A stretch of DNA of 32,000 nt from Idiomarina loihiensis L2TR (GTDB lineage: Bacteria; Pseudomonadota; Gammaproteobacteria; Enterobacterales; Alteromonadaceae), in the NCBI RefSeq assembly GCF_000008465.1, contig NC_006512.1, forward strand, positions 210,001 through 242,000, read 5' to 3'. Positions 22,914 to 30,135 of the stretch are shown here, in pieces. How positions within the stretch are numbered: the first letter of the stretch is position 1; every line of letters begins with the position of its first letter. Below the pieces are notes generated by a model. The model did no database searches, had not been told where the DNA came from, and saw only the letters and a list, made by a program, of their open reading frames with translations. The position numbers and the translations under genes are program-made.

Positions 22914-24981
22914 CCTCCAGCGCGTCCATAACTTTATCTTTACTGAGTACTACGGGCAGGGTTATACCGTCCGGAGCGCCGGGTCCGTAAACTTTGTTAA
23001 AGGGCACACCAAAGGTATTGTTTGCCTTTAAGTATTGGGTAATGCTCTCGTTGGCTTTGGTCCAGTCGCCGCGCAGGCGGGTGACGTGCTCCTTACCTAA
23101 GGCTGTAAATACCGGGTCTTGCAGTAATACGCCGACTTTATTGGCCTGGCAGGTCACACACCAGTCTGCGGTCACATCCACAAACACGGTTTGGCCATTG
23201 GCAACGGCTTCATCAATACGTTGCTGGGTTAGTGGCTGCCATTGGTGGTCCTGCGGTAGTTTGTTGACCCAACGGTCTGCGGTAAGAATTAACGTCGTAC
23301 CGACAACGGCAGCTAATACCAGAAAGCCACCAATGGATAAAAACAGCGCCTTACGGCCATGCACTTTACCAATAATCACCAATGTCAGAACCGATAAACC
23401 GACGGTTAGCGCCAGGAATAACTCGTTGCCGATAAAGTTTTTCAGCAAGGTTGTCAGCCAGACCGTGGTTGCCAGCATCATAATGGCGAAAACGGGTTTC
23501 ACCCACTGCATCCAGCGACCGGGTTTGGGCAGTAATTTTGCGGTTCTCGGGAACACGGCTATAAGTAACCAGGGTAGCGCCATACCAACCCCAAGCGCGG
23601 CAAAAATCAGCAGAATAACCGATGACTCAGCAGCTAATGCAAAGGCCACTGCGGTGCCTAAAAAAGGCGCTGTACAAGGTGTTGCCAAAACGGTGGCCAG
23701 CATGCCTTGCAGGAAGTGCCCTTTGTAGCTGTCATCGCCGGCGGTTGCGGCACTGGTACTCAAAGAAGACGGCAATTTAAACTCAAAGGCGCCCATTAAG
23801 TTCAGTGCGAACAGCCAGGTAATAGCCACGAGTGCGGCAATAAAGTAAGGGTTCTGAAATTGAATACCCCAGCCGACAGAACCGCCTGACCAGCGAAGCG
23901 CCATAAGCCCCAGGGCAATGACCAGAAACGAGCTGATAATACCTAATGACGACGCGAAAAACTGCTTACGCACGACCTTCGGTTCTTGTACTCCTGACAG
24001 CATCAGGCTCTGAACTTTCAAACCCAGTACCGGCAACACGCAAGGCATAATGTTCAAAATAAGCCCACCAGCTAATGCCATAAGTAAAATGGCCCACAGC
24101 GGCGGTGCGTTATTAGCAATAGTGCCTGCGGTTAGCTGAATCTTATATTCAGCGGCAAACTTTTCATCACTGACTGTCGCTATAAGTTCAGCGCCGTTTA
24201 GGTCCGGCAGATCCAGCCAGTGACTAACGTCAACATTCGCCGTGAGCGAATTGCTTTCCACCTGAATATCTGGTGATGAAAACTCTGCGTCGGCCAAAGT
24301 CTCGTCGTTGCTGTGTATAAACAGCTGTGGGTTTTGCCAGCCACTGTCACGCTCTATGGTCAATTGAACGCGCTGGTTGGCGTCGGACCAAATAGCCTGC
24401 TTCACGTTATTGCTGTCGTATTCGCGAGGCACCTTGCCCGTGGCCTGATTAAAGGCAAACGCGCGATCACTGTCGACGGTCAGGGTGTCCAGATCAACGT
24501 GCAAGTCAATTGGGTAGTCCGTTAACACACAAACGGTGGTACAGGACGACATAGTCAGTGTACCGCTAATGTTTGCCTGCCGGGCATCGGGGCTTAGTTG
24601 TACCATTAACGGAAAGGTCAACGATCCCTGATACCCAACGGTATCAATACCCTGAATGCTGTAGCGCGAGGGCACCGGCCAGTGCCACTCAATATCGTTA
24701 ATATTGGCTGATTTAGCCCAGTCAAAGGTTGGCGGTATGCCGCCTTCGCCGGGTGAACGCCAGTAGGTTTTCCAGCCTTCATCCAGCTCAACATGCAGCA
24801 GGGCGGGTAGTAGGTTGCGCTCAGCTTCATAGTGGCCGGTCAGTTCTAGCTTCACCGACACCGGTGGATGATCTTCATGACTCAGCCAACCGGTAGACGG
24901 CGTTTCTGCTAGGCTTTGCGCGCTGTAAATCAGCAGCGCAGCAATAAGCGATACGAGCCATAACGGTAAAATTTTATTCAT
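22897..24981 (-). CDS. DsbD-superfamily membrane electron transporter, ScsB-like
   Basis: Signal peptide plus a large periplasmic N-domain ('EGWKTYWRSPGEGGIPP'). DsbD core Cys motifs 'NIMPCVLPVLGLK' and 'ATPCTAPFLG'. C-terminal thioredoxin 'ADWCVTCQ'. Confidence 0.8.
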   Translation of the reverse strand: MNKILPLWLVSLIAALLIYSAQSLAETPSTGWLSHEDHPPVSVKLELTGHYEAERNLLPALLHVELDEGWKTYWRSPGEGGIPPTFDWAKSANINDIEWHWPVPSRYSIQGIDTVGYQGSLTFPLMVQLSPDARQANISGTLTMSSCTTVCVLTDYPIDLHVDLDTLTVDSDRAFAFNQATGKVPREYDSNNVKQAIWSDANQRVQLTIERDSGWQNPQLFIHSNDETLADAEFSSPDIQVESNSLTANVDVSHWLDLPDLNGAELIATVSDEKFAAEYKIQLTAGTIANNAPPLWAILLMALAGGLILNIMPCVLPVLGLKVQSLMLSGVQEPKVVRKQFFASSLGIISSFLVIALGLMALRWSGGSVGWGIQFQNPYFIAALVAITWLFALNLMGAFEFKLPSSLSTSAATAGDDSYKGHFLQGMLATVLATPCTAPFLGTAVAFALAAESSVILLIFAALGVGMALPWLLIAVFPRTAKLLPKPGRWMQWVKPVFAIMMLATTVWLTTLLKNFIGNELFLALTVGLSVLTLVIIGKVHGRKALFLSIGGFLVLAAVVGTTLILTADRWVNKLPQDHQWQPLTQQRIDEAVANGQTVFVDVTADWCVTCQANKVGVLLQDPVFTALGKEHVTRLRGDWTKANESITQYLKANNTFGVPFNKVYGPGAPDGITLPVVLSKDKVMDALEDAREQ

Positions 24982-25030
24982 ACATTACTCCTGAAGTTAG
25001 TATTCCAAAGGTAAAAACCTGTTGGAAGCC

Positions 25031-25411
25031 TTACTCCAGAAAGCAACAAAATACGGCGTGGGGTCGCCTTTTACAGGAAAAGAAAAAGAGGGGAGGCGCT
25101 AATTGCTTGTTCACAGTGGCTTTCAGCGCCAAAGTCAGAAGAACAAAGAAAGACAGTGCCGCGTAGGTTATGTCTGACTTGAATTGTTGCAATAAGTGCG
25201 TTGTCTTGTCGCAGTCGGCTTCGGCGCCTTCGTGTTTTGCTTCCAGGTCCGCATGGCTTCCTACAAGCTGTTCAGCCGCGGGTGCAGCCTGATGCTTAGG
25301 ACAGCCTTCCAGCCAACCAAAGTTTTGTCCCCAACACAGCATAAAAACCAGGAATAGCAATGGTGCTATATACCGACCTTTTCGACACTGTTGATTCAGT
25401 TGGTGGAACAT
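25031..25411 (-). CDS. Small Cys/His-containing membrane protein (2 predicted TM segments), first gene of the Scs-like cluster; function unknown
   Basis: Same strand, 49 nt upstream of the ScsB-like gene. Features: 'LLFLVFMLCWGQNFGWLEGCPKH', 'HADLEAKHEGAEADCD', and a second hydrophobic helix. Weak SD; coding status is not certain. Confidence 0.4.
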   Translation of the reverse strand: MFHQLNQQCRKGRYIAPLLFLVFMLCWGQNFGWLEGCPKHQAAPAAEQLVGSHADLEAKHEGAEADCDKTTHLLQQFKSDITYAALSFFVLLTLALKATVNKQLAPPLFFFSCKRRPHAVFCCFLE

Positions 25412-25591
25412 GGCTTTTGGTGACCCTTGGTTATTCGGTTTACTCTTAATTAAGGCAAGATGATGACAGAAGTGGGTATAAAAGCAAGTGAGAGAAGGAA
25501 TGATATCGGTCGTTGCTTGAAGTGTTTAGCTTACAGACAGGAATTTCCCCAAGGCTTATAGTTACGCCGTTGTTTAGTCACGGAGAGACAG

Positions 25592-27139
25592 ATGGCGTTA
25601 GCGCGAGTTTATACCCGGGCATTGATAGGTATTCATGCGCCGGAAATTCGGGTTGAAGTGGATCTGGCAAGGGGAATGCCAGGCTTTACTATGGTCGGCA
25701 TGCCGGCAACCACGGTTAAGGAGGCTCGTGATCGGGTCAAAACCGCCTTGATGAACGCGGGATTTGAATACCCGCCAGCCACGCGTATTACAGTGAATTT
25801 GGCGCCAGCGGATATCCCCAAAACCGGGGCGCGTTATGATTTGGCCATAGCGGTGGGGATATTGGCGGCTTCGGGACAAATACCGGACAGTATTTTAGAG
25901 CAAGCAGAATTCTATGGTGAGCTGGCGTTAACCGGCGAGTTGCGGGCTGTGAATGGTTTAATCCCAGCCTTATTGGCGTGTCGTAATAAAAAGCGGCAGG
26001 CGTTTGTGCCTATTGCTAACGAGCAGGAAGCCGGGTTAGTACGTGAACAAAAGAGCTGGTTGTCGGCCGATTTGGTCAGTGTTTATGAACATTTGCACGA
26101 TCACCAGCCACTGAGGGAATCAAAGCCGATAAATTGGGCAAAGGAATCATCGAACCATGATGGCGACTTAGCCGACGTGGTTGGGCAGGAGCAGGCAAAA
26201 CGAGCTTTGTTGTTGTCGGCGGCCGGTAAGCACCACTTGTTGTTCGTCGGGCCGCCAGGTACGGGAAAAACCATGCTTGCGCAACGGCTTAATGGCATAT
26301 TACCTCCACTGACCGAGCAGGAAGCCATGGAAATTGCTGCGGTGAAGTCGGTGTCTTTTGATTACCATCATGCGGAGGCGTTAACACGGCGCGAGCTGCG
26401 AAATCCGCACCATACCTGTACAGCCGCTGCGCTTGTGGGAGGTGGAGCGGGTAATTCTGTTCGTCCGGGAGAAATATCCTTAGCAAACAACGGGTTATTG
26501 TTTTTAGATGAGATGCCCGAGTTCAGTCGACATGTATTGGACTGCTTACGTGAACCACTCGGAAGCGGTGAAATTACCATTAGTCGTGCAGGATACAACG
26601 TCAAATTCCCGGCTAACTTTCAGCTGGTTTGCGCGCTGAACCCTTCGCCCTGCGGTCAATTCGATGGCTCCTTAGCTAACTGCCGTTCTACCCCGGATCA
26701 AATCTTAAAATACTTAAGTAAACTCTCAGGACCGCTGTTAGATCGTATTGATATACAGGTGATGGTGCCCCGAGAGAGCGAGTCTATGAGTTTAAAGGGG
26801 GCAACTAAGCACAAGACTCAGCCCATGACCTCATTACAAGCAAAAAGCTTAGTCGAGAAAGCTCGGCATCGCCAACTAATGCGACAAGGTTGCTTAAACA
26901 GCGAGTTAAAACCAAAAGTGTTAAAGCAGATATGTTTTTTGTCTGAACAAAGCGAAGCTTTTTTGGCAAAAGCGGCCGAGAAAATGAAATTGTCGCATCG
27001 GGCCTATCACCGAACACTTCGTTTAGCCCGAACCATTGCCGATTTAGCCGACAGCAAAAAAATAGAACAACAGCATCTGGCAGAGGCATTGAATTATCGT
27101 GCGTTGGATCGGCTTATCGAGCAGGTGCAGAGCTTATGA
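25592..27139 (+). CDS. yifB: YifB/ComM Mg-chelatase-like AAA+ ATPase
   Basis: The N-terminus 'MALARVYTRALIGIHAPEIRVEVDL' is typical of YifB. Walker A 'GPPGTGKT' and 'LFLDEMPEF'. Confidence 0.85.
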   Translation: MALARVYTRALIGIHAPEIRVEVDLARGMPGFTMVGMPATTVKEARDRVKTALMNAGFEYPPATRITVNLAPADIPKTGARYDLAIAVGILAASGQIPDSILEQAEFYGELALTGELRAVNGLIPALLACRNKKRQAFVPIANEQEAGLVREQKSWLSADLVSVYEHLHDHQPLRESKPINWAKESSNHDGDLADVVGQEQAKRALLLSAAGKHHLLFVGPPGTGKTMLAQRLNGILPPLTEQEAMEIAAVKSVSFDYHHAEALTRRELRNPHHTCTAAALVGGGAGNSVRPGEISLANNGLLFLDEMPEFSRHVLDCLREPLGSGEITISRAGYNVKFPANFQLVCALNPSPCGQFDGSLANCRSTPDQILKYLSKLSGPLLDRIDIQVMVPRESESMSLKGATKHKTQPMTSLQAKSLVEKARHRQLMRQGCLNSELKPKVLKQICFLSEQSEAFLAKAAEKMKLSHRAYHRTLRLARTIADLADSKKIEQQHLAEALNYRALDRLIEQVQSL

Positions 27140-27181
27140 TGCTGCCGCATCAGGTTCGGTCCCAATTTATTTATGAGCCTT

Positions 27182-27210
27182 TTGTATATACAGATGTATT
27201 ACGCTACAAT
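27182..27210 (+). promoter_or_regulatory. Candidate sigma70 promoter TTGTAT-17-TACAAT with an overlapping palindrome TGTATATACA (27183-27192)
   Basis: Read directly from the sequence. The -10 ends only 14 nt before GTG 27225, so the leader would be very short. Confidence 0.35.
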
Positions 27211-27224
27211 TCAATGGAGGAGTT

Positions 27225-27506
27225 GTGCTGGAAATTAGCGATAAAGTTAGGGAAAAACTAAAGAACAAGCATAACGTCTCAGAAAGCATGATCAGAGAGG
27301 CTTTTGCAAATAGACAAGGTGGCTTCTTGAAAGATCAAAGAGAGAAGCATGGCACCATTCCACCTACTCAATGGTTTGTATCCGAGACAGATAACGGGGT
27401 AAAGCTAAAAGTTTGCTTCATTCATTCTAACGGAGTTATCTATATAAAGACTGCTTATGAAGCTAATTCGTTAGAGCAAAAAATCTATGAAAAGTATGGA
27501 AGCTAA
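27225..27506 (+). CDS. Small toxin-like protein (BrnT/DUF497-like architecture; family assignment tentative)
   Basis: 93 aa. 'KLKNKHNVSESMIREAF...PPTQWFVSETDNGVKLKVCFIHSNGVIYIKTAYEANSLEQKIYEKY' follows the KH(G/N)V...F...G..L.V....I.I.TA..A...E..Y pattern of DUF497-type toxins and of a cassette-borne family I recall from cyanobacteria and vibrios. AT-rich. Confidence 0.5.
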   Translation: MLEISDKVREKLKNKHNVSESMIREAFANRQGGFLKDQREKHGTIPPTQWFVSETDNGVKLKVCFIHSNGVIYIKTAYEANSLEQKIYEKYGS

Positions 27507-27535
27507 AAATATCCCGGCATGAATTGGAGAGTCGT

Positions 27536-27874
27536 ATGAAAAAAGAAGATATCAGAGAAGCGGTTGAGCAAGATGAAAAATGGGATAGTGGTGAATTAGG
27601 TCAAGAAGAAGCTTATGTAGAACGTGTGGGATTTGACCAGGCAATTGAAGATGCAATCAATCAGTCTGTGCGACTGCGGCCTATATCTATTCGTATGGAA
27701 GAAGAGCTCATCGACGATTTGAAGACCATCGCAGAGCATTATAACTTGGGATACCAACCGCTAATTAGGCAACTCCTGAAGCGATTTGTGGCATCGGAAA
27801 AGAAAGTTCTGAAGCAAAGAGCTCAGGTCATGGAAATCAAGGGCCCAGAAGATAAAGAAGCCGAAGAAGGGTAG
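27536..27874 (+). CDS. CopG/RHH BrnA-like antitoxin (COG3514-type)
   Basis: 'WDSGELGQEEAYV' and 'ISIRMEEELIDDLKTIAEHYNLGYQPLIRQLLKRFV' are typical of this antitoxin family. SD GGAGA lies 5 nt before ATG 27536 (the TTG at 27524 is unlikely). Confidence 0.6.
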   Translation: MKKEDIREAVEQDEKWDSGELGQEEAYVERVGFDQAIEDAINQSVRLRPISIRMEEELIDDLKTIAEHYNLGYQPLIRQLLKRFVASEKKVLKQRAQVMEIKGPEDKEAEEG

Positions 27875-27894
27875 CCTGACGCTATTGCGTCAGG
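27875..27894. repeat. Hairpin CCTGACGC-TATT-GCGTCAGG immediately after the antitoxin stop
   Basis: Perfect 8-bp stem with no T-run. Shares its arm sequence with the second hairpin at 27956-27973. Confidence 0.6.
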
Positions 27895-27955
27895 TGCGAT
27901 TTGCCTGTCTATGCCAAGAGGTAAAATAACTTTTGGTGGTTAGCTTGACCCCCCA

Positions 27956-27973
27956 CCTGACGTGAACGTCAGG
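27956..27973. repeat. Hairpin CCTGACG-TGAA-CGTCAGG, 18 nt beyond the ltaE stop
   Basis: Perfect 7-bp stem. Together with 27871-27881 it forms an 11-nt inverted repeat GTAGCCTGACG / CGTCAGGCTAC. Confidence 0.6.
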
Positions 27974-27990
27974 CTACGAAGCCAGCAACC

Positions 27991-29013
27991 TCAGTGCTCG
28001 CGAATAAGCCACTGTTTGAACAATTCGACAAAACGTTCCAGCTGTTCACGGCTGACATCCAGATGGCATACCAACCGCAGCTTTTGGCCGCTGGGCAGTT
28101 TAATATCATTCTCAGTCATCAGTTCCCGCAAGCTGTCCGCCGGTAAACTGTCCGATAGCTCGACAAAGGTCATGTTGGTACCGGAATAGCGGACTTTGGC
28201 TTCGGTACCTGCCAGCAACTCAGAAAGTTGTTCAAACAACCATTTCGCGTTGTCGTGGTCCTGCTGTATACGCTCAAACTGATGCGTTAACGCGTAATCA
28301 ATGGCTACGGCAACAAACCCGGCCTGACGCATACCGCCGCCGACCATTTTGCGCCAACGTCGAGCGTGGGCAATTAATTCTTTTGAGCCTGCCAGCAGTG
28401 AACCAATAGGCGCACCAAGACCTTTTGAACAACATAGAGACACGCTGTCGAAAGGCGCGGCGAGTTCCGCCATGCTGCGGCCGCTGGCAACAACGGCGTT
28501 GGGCAAGCGCGCGCCGTCTAAATGCATCGACAAACCATTTTGATCGGCCAGAATACGGGCTTTATCAAAATAGGCCTGGTCTATTAACTGCCCGCCGTGG
28601 GTATTTTCAAAGGCCAGCAAGCGGGTAATGGGAAAGTGCGGGTCGTTGGGTTTTATACGCTTTTCAATAGTTTCAAGCGACAAGGTGCCATCGGCTTCTA
28701 CTTCTACCGTCTGTGGCACTATGCTGCCTAAAACTGCAGCGCCTCCGGCTTCGTAGCGGTATGTGTGATACTCCTGACCGACAATGTACTCTTCGCCGTT
28801 ACGACAGTGGCTCATTAACCCCAGCAAGTTACTTTGGGTACCCGAGCTGCACAGCAAAGCATCTTCTTTACCCAGCAACTCTGCCACCCGCTTTTCCAGT
28901 GCGTTAATTGACGGGTCTTCACCATAGACATCATCGCCGACGGTAGCCTCGGCGATTGCAGTGCGCATTGCAGCGCTGGGAAGGGTTACGGTATCACTGC
29001 GTAAATCCAGCAT
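27991..29013 (-). CDS. ltaE: Low-specificity L-threonine aldolase
   Basis: 'MLDLRSDTVTLPS', 'VGDDVYGEDPS', and the PLP-lysine context 'CCSKGLGAPIGS', as in E. coli LtaE. Confidence 0.85.
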   Translation of the reverse strand: MLDLRSDTVTLPSAAMRTAIAEATVGDDVYGEDPSINALEKRVAELLGKEDALLCSSGTQSNLLGLMSHCRNGEEYIVGQEYHTYRYEAGGAAVLGSIVPQTVEVEADGTLSLETIEKRIKPNDPHFPITRLLAFENTHGGQLIDQAYFDKARILADQNGLSMHLDGARLPNAVVASGRSMAELAAPFDSVSLCCSKGLGAPIGSLLAGSKELIAHARRWRKMVGGGMRQAGFVAVAIDYALTHQFERIQQDHDNAKWLFEQLSELLAGTEAKVRYSGTNMTFVELSDSLPADSLRELMTENDIKLPSGQKLRLVCHLDVSREQLERFVELFKQWLIREH

Positions 29014-29141
29014 AACAGCCTCATTTTGGGGTTAGTTATAACAACTATCATCCGGTTCTAAGCGCAAGGTTGTTTAGCGAGCTCAGTCAAGGGATAATGG
29101 CCTAATATTGAACCAGACACTCGACAACAAAGCGAGCCAAT

Positions 29142-30107
29142 ATGAAAGTTTTTAATAATGTAATGGAAATGGTCGGCAACACGCCAATGGTGCGCGTTAC
29201 CAATATGGACACCGGCCCGTGCGAGCTGTATTTAAAACTCGAGCTGCAGAACCCGGGCGGCTCAATTAAAGACCGTATTGCGGTGGAAATGGTTGAACAG
29301 GCTGAAAAGCAAGGCAAATTAAAGCCGGGCGATACCATTATTGAAGCGACTGCCGGTAATACCGGGCTGGGTCTGGCGTTAGTGGCGGCGAGCAAAGGTT
29401 ATCCGCTGAAAATTGTTATGCCGGACAAAATGAGCCAGGAGAAAGTAAACAACCTGCGCGCTATGGGTGCCGAAGTGGTACAGACGCGCTCCGACGTACA
29501 AAAAGGCCACCCTGAGTATTATCAGGATATGGCAGCGCGCATGGCGGAAGAGAACGGTTATTACTATGTTAACCAGTTTGAGAATCCGGCAAACGTCGAT
29601 GCTCACTACAAAACCACAGGTCCGGAAATTTGGGAACAAATGGAAGGTAAACTGGATGCGTTCGTTTGTGGTGTTGGCTCTGGCGGAACCTTAACCGGTG
29701 TTGGCCGTTATTTACGCGAACAAAAAAGCGATATCGACTTAGTATTGGCTGATCCGGCAGGCTCTATTTTAGAACCATTGGTTAACCGTAACGAAGAAGT
29801 GGAAGCTGGTAGCTGGTTGGCCGAAGGCATTGGTGAAGATTTTATCCCGACCATTTGTGATATTAAATTAGCCAATACTGCATTTGCCATTTCTGATAAG
29901 GAAGGCATGCAAACCGCGCGTAAAGTACTGGAAAAAGAAGGCGTTATGGTCGGTTCATCAAGCGGAACTTTAATTGCAGCGGCGCTGCGTTATTGCCAAC
30001 AACAAACCGAGCCAAAACGCGTTGTGACGCTAGCTTGTGATACGGGTAACCGTTACTTGTCCAAGCTGTTCAACGACGACTGGATGCGTGAGCAAAACCT
30101 GCTGTAA
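29142..30107 (+). CDS. Cysteine synthase/cystathionine beta-synthase family PLP enzyme (no Bateman domains)
   Basis: 'GNTPMVRV', PLP-lysine 'NPGGSIKDR', 'TAGNTGLGLA' and 'GVGSGGTLTG'. Pairing with a gamma-lyase suggests reverse transsulfuration. Confidence 0.75.
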   Translation: MKVFNNVMEMVGNTPMVRVTNMDTGPCELYLKLELQNPGGSIKDRIAVEMVEQAEKQGKLKPGDTIIEATAGNTGLGLALVAASKGYPLKIVMPDKMSQEKVNNLRAMGAEVVQTRSDVQKGHPEYYQDMAARMAEENGYYYVNQFENPANVDAHYKTTGPEIWEQMEGKLDAFVCGVGSGGTLTGVGRYLREQKSDIDLVLADPAGSILEPLVNRNEEVEAGSWLAEGIGEDFIPTICDIKLANTAFAISDKEGMQTARKVLEKEGVMVGSSSGTLIAAALRYCQQQTEPKRVVTLACDTGNRYLSKLFNDDWMREQNLL

Positions 30108-30135
30108 TACTTGTTGTAAATTAAGGAACCGAATC

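Noticed and set aside
22994-23728. 244-aa ORF on the plus strand inside the ScsB-like gene.
   Set aside because: It is a shadow ORF antisense to a gene with unmistakable DsbD-family motifs. Its composition is Ser/Thr/Ala/Arg-rich and low-complexity, and it has no SD.
27871-27977. Interpretation of the 107-bp inverted-repeat block as an integron attC site, which would make the TA genes an integron cassette.
   Set aside because: The core sites deviate from RYYYAAC/GTTRRRY at the invariant AAC/GTT. Each end forms its own local hairpin rather than an attC-type bulged stem. No intI, attI or neighbouring cassettes are in the window. I kept it only as a question inside the hairpin finding.
30037-30135. 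Cys-rich N-terminal extension of the gamma-lyase ORF (MIRVTVTCPSCSTTTGCVSKTCCNTCCKLRNRI...), which superficially looks like a metal-binding or RiPP-like leader.
   Set aside because: It is an out-of-frame read-through of the 3' end of the preceding CBS-like gene (which stops at 30107). Homology to Cys/Met PLP enzymes starts at MANEKTMKFATRAIHGG, and ATG 30136 has a well-spaced AAGGAA SD.
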